Virus record (IMG/VR): IMGVR_UViG_3300017963_000188 | Location: 62,001-126,000 of that record | Reading direction: 5' to 3' (one strand) | Length of the DNA stretch: 64,000 nucleotides | Shown here: in pieces, positions 46,102 through 55,492 of the stretch | Layout: the number at the start of each line of letters is the position of its first letter | Position numbering within the stretch: position 1 is the first letter of the stretch | Program-made: the position numbers and the translations under genes | The notes under the pieces: generated by a model | The model's input: the letters and a program-made list of their open reading frames with translations, nothing else | The model's database searches: none | What the model was told of the DNA's origin: nothing

Positions 46102-46715
46102 TTCTCTACATCACGCTCCATATCATTGATCTCATGGAGTTCAGCATACTCAAAGACTTGAGCAGCCCTATCTTCAAGATAGGCTTCTTCCCATGCCTGA
46201 TCATAGAATGGGGAGTCATACTGACCAAGCCAGGCAGCCCAGTTCCATTCCTTAGCATCTTCATGCATAGGTGAGTCTGAGAATTGGTAGAAAAGACCTG
46301 AAGGCTCATAGTCTTCAGATTCATCCCCAAGAGATACTGTGACTGTCATTCCCACATAGCCAAGACCAGAATTTACATCCCAAGTCACTTGTACTTCAAC
46401 ATCAGGATGAATGTCTTTAAGGGCATTGAGAACTTCTTCTTTCACTGCTTCAGCAGTCTGGTCAAACTTTTCACTGGTATCCAATTCATAGAAAGTTTCC
46501 ATGCTGCGAGCAAGTTCTTTTTGAACTTCAGGCTTTATGGTGACGAAATCAACCTCATCCTCATCGGTTCTGGTGACTTCAACATCATCCCAAAGGTTGT
46601 ATTCATCCAAGAAAGAGCTATATTCTTCAGTGTCAATCTCTTCACCAAAATCAGGCAAATAGGACTGTGCCTTCTTTGATCGTTCAATAACTCGTGATAT
46701 GAGATCCATTTCCAT
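46077..46715 (-). CDS. acidic hypothetical protein with DLISRVIERSKKAQ leader
   Basis: 212 aa, GAGGAGG SD. Confidence 0.8.
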   Translation of the reverse strand: MEMDLISRVIERSKKAQSYLPDFGEEIDTEEYSSFLDEYNLWDDVEVTRTDEDEVDFVTIKPEVQKELARSMETFYELDTSEKFDQTAEAVKEEVLNALKDIHPDVEVQVTWDVNSGLGYVGMTVTVSLGDESEDYEPSGLFYQFSDSPMHEDAKEWNWAAWLGQYDSPFYDQAWEEAYLEDRAAQVFEYAELHEINDMERDVEKWVEYMEE

Positions 46716-46776
46716 ACCTCCTCAAGGTTTATCTATAGAGGTATAGAAATTAAAGAACTATTATAGAATGTGACTT

Positions 46777-47346
46777 TTAATCATCTAGATCAGGAGGGTC
46801 TTGCAGACCGGTTCTACCTTGATTAAGGTCTAGGCTGTAGAAATATTTGAAGATACTATCCAAATCCTCTACCTTGGCATACCCAGCCAACTTATCCTTA
46901 CGTACCCAGATAGTCCCATAATTCTTGGAGTGATCCGGCTTTGGTGTTACTTCTTTGAAGATGTTAGCCTTGGGTTTGATAGCTCCTTCAGCCCAGGTGT
47001 TGATCTTTCTCTGAACCTCCCAAGCTCGTCCAGCCGCTGTCTCACGTCCAACTTCTTTCTTAGGGTTGTCCATAATGATATTACAACGACCAATACCCCA
47101 ATAGGCCATAGTTTCATTTAGGAAAACTACCAGGGTCTTTACAGGCTCACCCTTTCGTGGGGGGAACTTATCTTTCAGGCTGGTAGCACCTATCTCTTGG
47201 AGCTTATCTTCATCAAGACCCAATTCTTGGAGCTTCTCAACCATCTGATTCAGCTCTTCTCCAAGACTATGGAGTTGTACTTCAGCTTCTGGGATTTTTG
47301 CTCGTGCATACCTGATAATCGTCTTCATGGCATTCTCCTTTACCAA
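46777..47346 (-). CDS. hypothetical protein
   Basis: 189 aa; GIGRC...D...GRETAAGRA motif. Confidence 0.7.
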   Translation of the reverse strand: MVKENAMKTIIRYARAKIPEAEVQLHSLGEELNQMVEKLQELGLDEDKLQEIGATSLKDKFPPRKGEPVKTLVVFLNETMAYWGIGRCNIIMDNPKKEVGRETAAGRAWEVQRKINTWAEGAIKPKANIFKEVTPKPDHSKNYGTIWVRKDKLAGYAKVEDLDSIFKYFYSLDLNQGRTGLQDPPDLDD

Positions 47347-47373
47347 TGTGCCATGTTAGGATACAAGACATCT

Positions 47374-48003
47374 TTATGAATTTATATTTATAGAACTTTC
47401 ACTGACACTGAAACCAAAGCTACAATCAGGGCATAGATAGGTGAAATATTCCTCATCATATTCGTACCGAGATTCACCTGTCTTAGCAGCATGTGGATGC
47501 CGATACATTAAGGCATGACGTATTAATTTCTCTACTTCATCCTGATGTCTATTGTAACCTTCACTATTATACCCATCATTTTGGGAAATTTTTAGTTTTT
47601 CACTAGCAACCGTTAGCCAAGAGTAGTAGTCTCGAACATCTGAATGGGTACATACCTTTCTAGATTCTTTAACTATCCCCATTCCCTTGTTTACATATTT
47701 TATTTGATCAGGACATTGACCCACAAATCCATCTAGATCTATAAGACCTGAAGGATGGACACTGGCTAAAAGACTTCCATCAGGAGTATAAGCCCATACC
47801 GTGACATCATCCAAAAGATGAGGTCGGTCAATTTTCACTGTGATAGTTCTCATGAGGTCAGGATGTTGGGCTACAACCACACCACTGAGACTATTCAAAT
47901 CAGACCACACACCACCGAGTTGAGCAAAGATAACTTTTGTGCCTACAGGGAATTGCTCTTTCCCCTCAGCAGCCGATTCTTTGAGTTCTTGAAGTGTGAT
48001 CAT
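47374..48003 (-). CDS. hypothetical protein
   Basis: 209 aa, ATGA-coupled. Confidence 0.7.
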   Translation of the reverse strand: MITLQELKESAAEGKEQFPVGTKVIFAQLGGVWSDLNSLSGVVVAQHPDLMRTITVKIDRPHLLDDVTVWAYTPDGSLLASVHPSGLIDLDGFVGQCPDQIKYVNKGMGIVKESRKVCTHSDVRDYYSWLTVASEKLKISQNDGYNSEGYNRHQDEVEKLIRHALMYRHPHAAKTGESRYEYDEEYFTYLCPDCSFGFSVSESSININS

Positions 48004-48251
48004 AATTGAATCAGGAAGTCTTGTTGTTGTTTTAAGATACCTCTGAGTTCATCATCGGTACGATGTTGTTGGCTGCTGAGGATTTGTTTGAGTAAGATCC
48101 ATATTCCTTCTTTTTGAATTTCAGACATTCGCATCCCCTGGTCATCATAACCCCATTGGACCTTTACATCTACAGTACCATCTTCTTCCCAAACCATTGA
48201 GATACGTCTCTTTGATTTAGACATAACCTCTCTCCCTGACTCTGTTGGCAA
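48000..48251 (-). CDS. hypothetical protein
   Basis: 83 aa in operon. Confidence 0.55.
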   Translation of the reverse strand: MPTESGREVMSKSKRRISMVWEEDGTVDVKVQWGYDDQGMRMSEIQKEGIWILLKQILSSQQHRTDDELRGILKQQQDFLIQL

Positions 48252-48492
48252 TGGTGTCTATACGCTCAATATCAGATCGATAAGCTGCAATTCTAAGAGA
48301 TATTACAATAGCCATAGGTAAAAGAACACCTATGATAGATGAGATAACAGATTCTTGATGTGGGTAAGCCAGAGCTGTAATAGCACTACAAACGATGAGT
48401 ACAAAAAAGATCGTACCAAAACATTGACGATACGCTTTCTTTTTTGATTCTCTAATGATAGATTCAAACTTCTCCACTTCTATACGATGCAT
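48217..48492 (-). CDS. two-TM membrane protein
   Basis: two hydrophobic helices. Confidence 0.65.
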   Translation of the reverse strand: MHRIEVEKFESIIRESKKKAYRQCFGTIFFVLIVCSAITALAYPHQESVISSIIGVLLPMAIVISLRIAAYRSDIERIDTIANRVRERGYV

Positions 48493-48658
48493 CTGTTTTC
48501 CAATGTCCTGGGTCTTCTAGTTTATGTTCCTTCAACCATTTAAGAGAAACCTCTGTATACCCCATACCTACTGGAGCGTTGCAAGGATATTCTCCTTGCC
48601 AGCACTTTGCTTTGAAACAGGATGCACAAACTTTGACCATAATTTTACTTTCGTCCAT
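48464..48658 (-). CDS. small Cys-rich protein
   Basis: VCASCFKAKCWQGEYPC. Confidence 0.6.
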   Translation of the reverse strand: MDESKIMVKVCASCFKAKCWQGEYPCNAPVGMGYTEVSLKWLKEHKLEDPGHWKTDASYRSGEV

Positions 48659-48710
48659 ATCCTAGCTCCTATGAAAAGTTCATAGGGAACAGGTATAAAA
48701 GAAACATTGG

Positions 48711-48974
48711 TCATATATCACTTGCTTCCCTTTGATGTTTGTAGTCTTGGGAACGTTCTCTTACCTCATCCTCAAGAACTCTTCTAGATCCTACCTGATC
48801 TACTTTCCACCCATTATCCCACACTCCATCATTTTTTAGTTTCAAAACTTTGCCTTGTTTAGCAAACTTTTCAGGAAGCCATGATGTAGTTGTGACGCTC
48901 TGTTTCTTCAAAACACATTGTCGATAATATATCTGTTTCTTCATTATCTCATCTTCTGGATAGTAAAGTGTCAT
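48711..48974 (-). CDS. hypothetical protein
   Basis: TSWLPEKFAKQGKVLKLK motif. Confidence 0.65.
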   Translation of the reverse strand: MTLYYPEDEIMKKQIYYRQCVLKKQSVTTTSWLPEKFAKQGKVLKLKNDGVWDNGWKVDQVGSRRVLEDEVRERSQDYKHQREASDI

Positions 48975-48979
48975 TGTTT

Positions 48980-49067
48980 TGGCAGAGGGTGAGGGAGTCG
49001 AACCCCCGCTAGTGTTACCTAGACCTTGGCTTTCGAAACCAGTGCCTTACCACTCGGCCAACCCTCT
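48980..49067 (-). tRNA. trnS: tRNA-Ser(CGA)
   Basis: loop TTCGAAA, long variable arm, A1:U72, G73, CCA. Confidence 0.9.
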
Positions 49068-49306
49068 AGTTCCTTCCCACATTGTTCACATGTATCAACC
49101 ACTTCATGTTGAGGTAGTTTACATCTTGAACACAACATCAAGATGGGCCTAATTTCAGTGGTGATCAGTTCATCCTTTTCATCCTTTACCATAGCTATAT
49201 CTTTAAATCCTATTACAGGATGTTTTTTCAAAGTCTCTGCTATACTTTTTGGTTCAGTGCCATACATATATGCAAAGGCAACTATTGACCAATTTTCCCT
49301 ACCCAT
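49019..49306 (-). CDS. zinc-ribbon hypothetical protein ending inside tRNA-Ser
   Basis: 95 aa, coupled start; stop in tRNA variable arm. Confidence 0.55.
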   Translation of the reverse strand: MGRENWSIVAFAYMYGTEPKSIAETLKKHPVIGFKDIAMVKDEKDELITTEIRPILMLCSRCKLPQHEVVDTCEQCGKELEGWPSGKALVSKAKV

Positions 49307-49532
49307 CTAAATTACCTTCAATTTCATTAGCATGTTTAATGAGCATCATACCCAGGTCTTTTGCTTCCTTTGGTGGGAGCCCAAGCCATGCTACTGGAGT
49401 ACCAAAATCCAAAATCACATTACCATCCTTATGACCAATAGCTAATTGAAGCTCTCCTTCGTCATGAGCATTCAGTTTACCACGAGGATATTTTCCCGTT
49501 TTCCCAGTCTTTGGTTTGATCTTGGTAACCAT
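49299..49532 (-). CDS. small conserved-looking phage protein
   Basis: GKLNAHDEGELQLAIG...DFGTPVAWLGL. Confidence 0.7.
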   Translation of the reverse strand: MVTKIKPKTGKTGKYPRGKLNAHDEGELQLAIGHKDGNVILDFGTPVAWLGLPPKEAKDLGMMLIKHANEIEGNLDG

Positions 49533-49710
49533 GTTGTGCCTTTCTATATTCTATATATTCAGGTCTTTCTAGGTGACCTTCTTTACATTTGCAGTCTGTT
49601 ATATGCAAACCACATCTATAACAACAACGATGCTTCTCACAGTATCCATGTGTTACGGTCATAACACCATGAAAGGTAACAGCATCTTTGTCACATTTTT
49701 CACATTTCAT
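49477..49710 (-). CDS. Cys-rich small protein
   Basis: 77 aa, ATGA-coupled. Confidence 0.55.
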   Translation of the reverse strand: MKCEKCDKDAVTFHGVMTVTHGYCEKHRCCYRCGLHITDCKCKEGHLERPEYIEYRKAQHGYQDQTKDWENGKISSW

Positions 49711-50318
49711 TTCAAAGCCTCGAACATTTTCTGATCATCTCCACAATGCTCTTTGAGCCGTTGCATCCAAGCATCAGTCTTGATTTTGAACATATGGGGA
49801 GGATAACCTTTCTTTAGAGGGGCTCCTTTACATACCACTCCTTCAGCACTTATTCCTTCGAGAGTCCCATCTCTTACCATTTGTATGAAGATGTCATTGA
49901 TGTTACCTCGATACAGCAACGGTGCTATCTCTACTCCTTCTGTAAGGTCAAGAAAATCTCGTGGTCCAAGAATACCTTTGCGATGCACATTGATGTCAAA
50001 CAAAAGAACATCATGACATTCTTCTTGGTGGAAACCAGCAAAAGAATTAGGACCAAAGAATTCAAAAAAACAAATGACACGTTCTAACCGTTTCTTCTTG
50101 AACCGATCTGTAATGGGACCTTCATATTTGGATTTCACAAGATCTTCAGCCTCAGCTAAAACTCCTTGATCAGTTCCGAGGAGTCGTTTACGAGAACCAA
50201 ATTTATAGAAACCACGCTTACGATTCCATTCAGCTCTGATATTAGACCCATCAATCTTATTGAAGGCATAATAAGAACCATTAAGAATGTCTCGTGATAT
50301 GGTAGGATACTGTTTCAT
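49707..50318 (-). CDS. RNA ligase-like (Rnl2-type nucleotidyltransferase domain)
   Basis: KIDGSN, FEFFG, LFDI, EGVVCK, FKIKT. Confidence 0.78.
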   Translation of the reverse strand: MKQYPTISRDILNGSYYAFNKIDGSNIRAEWNRKRGFYKFGSRKRLLGTDQGVLAEAEDLVKSKYEGPITDRFKKKRLERVICFFEFFGPNSFAGFHQEECHDVLLFDINVHRKGILGPRDFLDLTEGVEIAPLLYRGNINDIFIQMVRDGTLEGISAEGVVCKGAPLKKGYPPHMFKIKTDAWMQRLKEHCGDDQKMFEALK

Positions 50319-50569
50319 TGTTTTTCTTTCAAATGACCTTGAAGTAAATGTTTTTCTTGACCTGTAACTCTTTTACAGGGTGGTTCTTTGTTTCTACCTA
50401 TTAATCTACCTCCAGAATCAATATCCATTTCTCCAGGCATCATATATTCAATATCATCTATCTCATAGATAACTTTGAGAACACCACAGATACAACACCA
50501 TTCGTAAGTCATATCTGAAGGGGGTCCTCCTGGGAATGTTTGCCAGTTATGTTTCATCGTAATATCCAA
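50315..50569 (-). CDS. hypothetical protein
   Basis: 84 aa in operon. Confidence 0.55.
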   Translation of the reverse strand: MDITMKHNWQTFPGGPPSDMTYEWCCICGVLKVIYEIDDIEYMMPGEMDIDSGGRLIGRNKEPPCKRVTGQEKHLLQGHLKEKQ

Positions 50570-50867
50570 AAAGAGTTTCCCTCAACCCCCTTCCAATTAG
50601 AAGAGGGCCTCCTTCCCAACTACCTTTAAATTCATTATTCCATTTCACTCTTTGTTCTTCTCTATCATATTCAACAACTCCGATTATCACAAGGTCACTG
50701 AGTAACATGTCGTAGAGTTTTCTCCCAACTAAATTCTCAGAAGCAAAGATATGTTTAGCATCTGTAGCAAAACTGGTTTCTGTATTCATTAGACCTAGAC
50801 ACTGTGCTAATTTAAAAGCAGCGAAATCAATATCTACCCAGTCTTGCAACTCATCTTTAAGGGTCAT
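50547..50867 (-). CDS. hypothetical protein
   Basis: 106 aa; DWVDIDFAAFKLAQCLGL. Confidence 0.65.
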   Translation of the reverse strand: MTLKDELQDWVDIDFAAFKLAQCLGLMNTETSFATDAKHIFASENLVGRKLYDMLLSDLVIIGVVEYDREEQRVKWNNEFKGSWEGGPLLIGRGLRETLFGYYDET

Positions 50868-51064
50868 TTCTTTACACCTATATATGTCAACTCTACCCCA
50901 GTTTTTTCTTTAATGTATTTTATGAAATAGTCCACACTTTCACCATAAGGACTGTTTTTAAGAGCTGAAACAATGTAAGCTGCTGCTACTTGTTCTGCAA
51001 ATTTGATAGCAGCAGCTTCTCCATCCCTAGCCTCAATAAAGGCTATCCGATCTTCTTCCTTCAT
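50864..51064 (-). CDS. hypothetical protein
   Basis: EDRIAFIEARDG motif, ATGA-coupled. Confidence 0.65.
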   Translation of the reverse strand: MKEEDRIAFIEARDGEAAAIKFAEQVAAAYIVSALKNSPYGESVDYFIKYIKEKTGVELTYIGVKK

Positions 51065-51300
51065 TTCTCGGCCTTATTTTTCTGGACGCACTTTGGACAC
51101 ATATACCCACAATGTTCCCCACTTTTGGAATCTTTGAGTTGTATCCAGCCTTCATTTCTCACTGAGATTGCAGCAACCATTGGTGAAGTCCCAAGAGGAA
51201 ATGTGTATTCAATTTCTTTTTCACATGTACGGCATTTCATCTTGAGTTTATGTGTGTCCATCTTAACCTTCTTTGGATTGGAATATTTTTTGTGGTCCAA
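51061..51300 (-). CDS. zinc-ribbon protein
   Basis: CRTC...MCPKC. Confidence 0.6.
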   Translation of the reverse strand: MDHKKYSNPKKVKMDTHKLKMKCRTCEKEIEYTFPLGTSPMVAAISVRNEGWIQLKDSKSGEHCGYMCPKCVQKNKAEK

Positions 51301-51523
51301 ATTCTTTTATTGCCCCTTCTTCTGCCACGAACTTTTTAAATTTTTCTGGTCTATTTTCAGATAACCAAAGAGCATATTGAGCAGCCATTCCCAAACAGAT
51401 GTTACCCTTCAGCTCATCGATAGTGAGATCACCATCTAACACATCTTCAAACATGTCAATGGCATCTCGAAGAGCTTCTTCTGCAATCTGTTTCCTTTTC
51501 TCAAGGTCTTCAATATCATCCAT
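51263..51523 (-). CDS. hypothetical protein
   Basis: 86 aa. Confidence 0.6.
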   Translation of the reverse strand: MDDIEDLEKRKQIAEEALRDAIDMFEDVLDGDLTIDELKGNICLGMAAQYALWLSENRPEKFKKFVAEEGAIKEFGPQKIFQSKEG

Positions 51524-51540
51524 AAGGTTCTCTTTGAATT

Positions 51541-51625
51541 TGGCAGAGGGGAGGGGACTCGAACCCCTAAGGCTTTTACACCCACGACGTTCCAGGCCGT
51601 TGCCTTACCATTAGGCTACCCCTCT
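51541..51625 (-). tRNA. trnS: tRNA-Ser(GGA)
   Basis: loop CTGGAAC, A1:U72, G73, CCA. Confidence 0.93.
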
Positions 51626-51933
51626 GTATAGTTTATATATTCCTCCCTGTTCCCATCACAGAAAAATACATCTGGATTATAATAGAACAAGTCTTTTCGT
51701 CTAAAACTTTTGGTTCCCTCATTGGCATATTCTACACTGTGGATACCATCCTCTTCAGAAGGCACAAACTCTAGAAGAGGGACTATGTTATTATGTTTCA
51801 TGTCATTTTCAGCACACCATATCACAAGATCAACAATCAGCTCTGATGCTGAACAGAATCCTTGTTCTCTGATTATTTCACGAGCTTTCTCTATGATCTT
51901 GTCTTCTGCATCCATGATCCTCTCCAAAGTCAT
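51616..51933 (-). CDS. hypothetical protein ending inside tRNA-Ser
   Basis: 105 aa; stop is tRNA nt 8-10. Confidence 0.6.
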   Translation of the reverse strand: MTLERIMDAEDKIIEKAREIIREQGFCSASELIVDLVIWCAENDMKHNNIVPLLEFVPSEEDGIHSVEYANEGTKSFRRKDLFYYNPDVFFCDGNREEYINYTEG

Positions 51934-52223
51934 TTTTTTGACTTAGCCATCAAACCCATTATCTTCTGAGCTTCTTGTGTGATTTGGCACATTGTTTCTT
52001 CGCACACATCACAATCAAAGTTTTCATCAATATCTATCATGTCCTTTTTCAACTGGCACGTCTCAGGATCTCCATCCCATTCTCGTGTCATCTCATGGTA
52101 AAAGAAGCACATCTTTTCATATGCTTGGTCATAGAGAGCTGGTTCATTTGGGTCACGTTTCTTCAACTCATCTATAAGTTCTTTTACTGTCATATACTTG
52201 TCATACTCACCAATAGGCATCAA
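51930..52223 (-). CDS. hypothetical protein
   Basis: 97 aa, AGGAG SD. Confidence 0.6.
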   Translation of the reverse strand: MMPIGEYDKYMTVKELIDELKKRDPNEPALYDQAYEKMCFFYHEMTREWDGDPETCQLKKDMIDIDENFDCDVCEETMCQITQEAQKIMGLMAKSKK

Positions 52224-52300
52224 AATCTCCTGGTTCCTAGTTTGGCATAGACATCCTCATGGTACTCCTGTTCCCAATAAGGAATCTTTTCTAACCATAG

Positions 52301-52327
52301 ACTATACCGGAGAAATCTCTTTATTTT
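52301..52327 (-). promoter_or_regulatory. class A promoter
   Basis: A-rich-N11-CGGTATAGT. Confidence 0.5.
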
Positions 52328-52346
52328 CCAAGTCAACTTTTTCATT

Positions 52347-52841
52347 TTAAACTCCTAAAATTTCAATAGCTTTATCAGCTTGTTGTTCCGTCAGGCCAGT
52401 AGCCATCCCATTTTCTATATGCACTAGATGATTTTTCAAATGAGACATGTCGGAATCATCATCTAGAATCACAAATGATTCAATTTGATCTCCATGCAAA
52501 AAATGATACTGCTCTAACCATTTTTGTATTTCATCACCTCTGGTTTTTGCTAACCAGATACCATTTACACATTTATTGAGATCTGGGGTGACTCCAATAA
52601 CTTTTGCCTTCACTCCCTCTTTTTGTAAATGCTGAAATAGATCCTCATTGTCGATTCGAGACACAGATCTCCAAGAGCTAGAGATTACAATTTCAGCCCC
52701 TGTCTTAGTAGTGATTCTATTTAGGTTCTCTACAGCTTCAGGTTTGAATTTTTGAAACCTACTCTTCCTGATACGTACCCATGTCTTGGCCTGATCCCAA
52801 GTCATGAGCACACCATCTATGTCCAAAAAAACAACTTTCAT
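52347..52841 (-). CDS. HAD domain protein (Swiss-army-knife RNA repair type)
   Basis: VFLDIDGVL, VISSSWR, RGDEI..WL, FVILDD. Confidence 0.88.
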   Translation of the reverse strand: MKVVFLDIDGVLMTWDQAKTWVRIRKSRFQKFKPEAVENLNRITTKTGAEIVISSSWRSVSRIDNEDLFQHLQKEGVKAKVIGVTPDLNKCVNGIWLAKTRGDEIQKWLEQYHFLHGDQIESFVILDDDSDMSHLKNHLVHIENGMATGLTEQQADKAIEILGV

Positions 52842-53464
52842 GTCCCACCATTAGGGGGATCAAACCCCACTCCTAGTATTTCAGCAACACGTCTGTCTTC
52901 AGCATCACCCAGATCCTTCAGAGCTTTTGCTTTAGCTTCATTGAGTTTATCAACAGGTAGATCTTTTCGTACAGGAATTTTTCCCACTTCTTCTGGTTCA
53001 TCCATAAAGAAAACAAGAGCATCATCCTTAGGTACAGGAATTTCTTGTATCGGAAACAGCAAATTCATCCGATGAGAACTGGGATGAGCTTTGTAACCAC
53101 ATTCACATTTATATGCAGAATCTACCATTGAATACTGTTCGAACTTCAATGTTTTTTTACATTCTGGGCAAGGACCACCATCACGAGATACTGCTGCTAC
53201 CTTAGGCTCCTGAAGGAGTTTTACAGTTTTCTCAATCAGATGTGCTTTCTGTGATATTGATAAAGATTTTTGAACATCTCTGATGTCTCGAATGATTTGT
53301 CTAGCTTCACAACAACCAGTAATTCCACCTTTGTTACAAGGGTTAATGGTTTTACAATCACAAACCTTACCATCTCCTTCTTCAGTACCATAACCACAAA
53401 GATGTACTTGAAGTTCACGAGCTGTATGTTCTATCCTGCTTAGAATTTCTCCTATATTTTTCAT
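52838..53464 (-). CDS. Cys-rich hypothetical protein
   Basis: 208 aa. Confidence 0.65.
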   Translation of the reverse strand: MKNIGEILSRIEHTARELQVHLCGYGTEEGDGKVCDCKTINPCNKGGITGCCEARQIIRDIRDVQKSLSISQKAHLIEKTVKLLQEPKVAAVSRDGGPCPECKKTLKFEQYSMVDSAYKCECGYKAHPSSHRMNLLFPIQEIPVPKDDALVFFMDEPEEVGKIPVRKDLPVDKLNEAKAKALKDLGDAEDRRVAEILGVGFDPPNGGT

Positions 53465-53482
53465 GTAGGGTCTCCAAAGTTA

Positions 53483-53569
53483 TGGCAGAGGGGAGGGGAC
53501 TCGAACCCCTAAGGCTTTTACACCCACCCGATTAGCAGTCGGGCCTCTTACCAATTAGAGTACCCCTCT
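53483..53569 (-). tRNA. trnS: tRNA-Ser(GCU)
   Basis: loop CTGCTAA, A1:U72, CCA. Confidence 0.95.
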
Positions 53570-53580
53570 GTAAAAATTAT

Positions 53581-53671
53581 TGGCAGAGGGGGTGGGATTC
53601 GAACCCACGGGGGCTTTGACACCCCACCGGTTTTCAAGACCGGCACCATAGACCAGCTCGGACACCCCTCT
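53581..53671 (-). tRNA. trnS: tRNA-Ser(UGA)
   Basis: loop CTTGAAA, A1:U72, CCA. Confidence 0.95.
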
Positions 53672-53691
53672 GTATTTAACAACCTCCTTAT

Positions 53692-53766
53692 TGGCAGGGG
53701 TGCTGGGATTCGAACCCAGAGTCCAGGTTTTGGAGACCTGTGGTTTAGCCATTAACCGACACCCCT
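53692..53766 (-). tRNA. trnW: tRNA-Trp(CCA)
   Basis: loop CTCCAAA, CCA end. Confidence 0.95.
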
Positions 53767-53772
53767 GTATTT

Positions 53773-53848
53773 TGGTGGGTCCAGAGGGATTTGAACCCCC
53801 GACCTTCTGATTAAGAATCAGCAGCTCTACCAACTGAGCTATGGACCC
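53773..53848 (-). tRNA. trnK: tRNA-Lys(CUU)
   Basis: loop TTCTTAA, CCA. Confidence 0.93.
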
Positions 53849-53860
53849 TTCATTGCTCCT

Positions 53861-53937
53861 TGGTGGGATGGGAGGGACTTGAACCCCCGACGCTTGGAAC
53901 TTCAACCCAACGCTCTACCAATCTGAGCTACCATCCC
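53861..53937 (-). tRNA. trnF: tRNA-Phe(GAA)
   Basis: loop TTGAAGT, CCA. Confidence 0.93.
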
Positions 53938-53942
53938 ACAAA

Positions 53943-54029
53943 TGGTGGGCCGGGGAGGATTTGAACCTCCGTAGCCTTGCAGCGGCAGATTTACAGTCTG
54001 CTCCCTTTGACCAACTCGGGCACCGACCC
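53943..54029 (-). tRNA. trnY: tRNA-Tyr(GUA)
   Basis: loop CTGTAAA, long variable arm, CCA. Confidence 0.95.
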
Positions 54030-54037
54030 ATAATTTT

Positions 54038-54114
54038 TGGCGAGCCAGGTGGGACTCGAACCCACAACACTCGGATTAAAAGTCCGATACGCTACCAAAT
54101 TGCGTCACTGGCTC
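54038..54114 (-). tRNA. trnK: tRNA-Lys(UUU)
   Basis: loop CTTTTAA, G73, CCA. Confidence 0.95.
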
Positions 54115-54146
54115 ACTATTTAATGCCTCCTATCGAGACTTATCAT

Positions 54147-54221
54147 TGGCGGGAACGGAGGGATTCGAACCCCCAACCTAGCGGTTAACAGCCGCTAGCT
54201 CTACCATTGAGCTACGTTCCC
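54147..54221 (-). tRNA. trnN: tRNA-Asn(GUU)
   Basis: loop CTGTTAA, CCA. Confidence 0.95.
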
Positions 54222-54228
54222 AGTTATT

Positions 54229-54316
54229 TGGTGGGCAGGGAAGGATTCGAACCTCCGTACCCCCGAAGGGGATCGGGTCTACAGCCCGACGCCATTAACC
54301 ACTCGGCCACCTGCCC
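54229..54316 (-). tRNA. trnY: tRNA-Tyr(GUA), second copy
   Basis: loop CTGTAGA, long variable arm, CCA. Confidence 0.93.
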
Positions 54317-54317
54317 T

Positions 54318-54902
54318 TTATGTCCAGAGATGCCTCCATTGTCTAGACTCATCTCCAAAACATCTTCGTCCTTTCTCGTATTCTTCAACGACCTGCTTGA
54401 TAGTCAGGATTTCTCCTTCTCGAAAAGCAGGTTTCCCTTCTGCTAAAGCCTTCTCACATGCCTCACATCTATGATGTGTATTCCACACATCAGTTGGTAT
54501 TATCCCATGGACCACTACCACCCAATGATCTCGTGGGAGGTAGTAGCTACAGATGTGATCCATCCGTATCAGACTCACCCTGTGTTTTCTGATGCTGCCC
54601 TGGTAGTGACAACCACATGTGCCTTGACAGACACATTCGTCTGCTTTCCAGGTGGAGCAAAAGTGTTGTTCCCGTGGAAGTTCACCTTTCTCCTTCAGCA
54701 TCCTTCGGTTCCACTCCTTCTCTGTTACCTGTCGTGGTGACAGTTTATCATCCTCTACTTTCCATCCCAGTTCCCAAGCTCTCTTGCTGGGACAATCCTT
54801 TTTGAAAGGACAATTGGTGATGGGTTTCCCATCTTTTCGAGCACACCGTCCGTCCCAGAATTTCCACTTGGTCTTTGGATCGTCCCGGTATCCCATCACC
54901 AA
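54318..54902 (-). CDS. Cys-rich hypothetical protein
   Basis: 194 aa, stop adjacent to tRNA-Tyr. Confidence 0.65.
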   Translation of the reverse strand: MVMGYRDDPKTKWKFWDGRCARKDGKPITNCPFKKDCPSKRAWELGWKVEDDKLSPRQVTEKEWNRRMLKEKGELPREQHFCSTWKADECVCQGTCGCHYQGSIRKHRVSLIRMDHICSYYLPRDHWVVVVHGIIPTDVWNTHHRCEACEKALAEGKPAFREGEILTIKQVVEEYEKGRRCFGDESRQWRHLWT

Positions 54903-55078
54903 TTCTCCTTCTTCATCTCTTGCTTCTCGTTCCGTCGCTTCAAACGACGAGACAGGGCCTTCATGTTACGGGGATAGCAATGATAAGGGTTACAACATTG
55001 ACAACCCAAGCCACCCGGCCCCGTCTTCAGCTTCTTGTGCTTCTGATATTCCTTGCTTCCCATCTCATCACCTCCCAA
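54896..55078 (-). CDS. small basic protein
   Basis: GPGGLGCQCC...RRLKRR; class A promoter at 55081..55107. Confidence 0.6.
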   Translation of the reverse strand: MGGDEMGSKEYQKHKKLKTGPGGLGCQCCNPYHCYPRNMKALSRRLKRRNEKQEMKKENW

Positions 55079-55119
55079 GGTTCTATACTGAAGAGATCCG
55101 AGATTTTAAATTACTATTT

Positions 55120-55195
<76 letters not shown>

Positions 55196-55324
55196 TTTTA
55201 TTTTCTCCCTTCAAATGCACACACACAGAGATCTCTCCTAGACTCTCTTTCAGCACCAAGATGTAAAGGTACTGGTAGAGTCTTAGCTCTTACTAAACCA
55301 ATATGAGGATTTATTCTTGGGGGA

Positions 55325-55398
55325 GGAGGAAACCACACCAGTGCCTGGCTGAATCTCAGTGGCTACGATGGTAATTGTGTGGTCCATAACGGTCCTCC
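55325..55398 (-). ncRNA. candidate structured RNA
   Basis: nested stems 55325-30/55393-98 and 55332-38/55377-83 in GC-rich intergenic patch. Confidence 0.35.
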
Positions 55399-55492
55399 AT
55401 ATGATGACCTACACTTGACTATACACATAAGGATATTTTTTTGCAAGCAGAAAATAGATTATTTATATTTCTATAGTCTAGAGAGGTGATTC

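Noticed and set aside
53555-54446. ORFs across the tRNA cluster (e.g. 53555..53905)
   Set aside because: Translations of tRNA genes.
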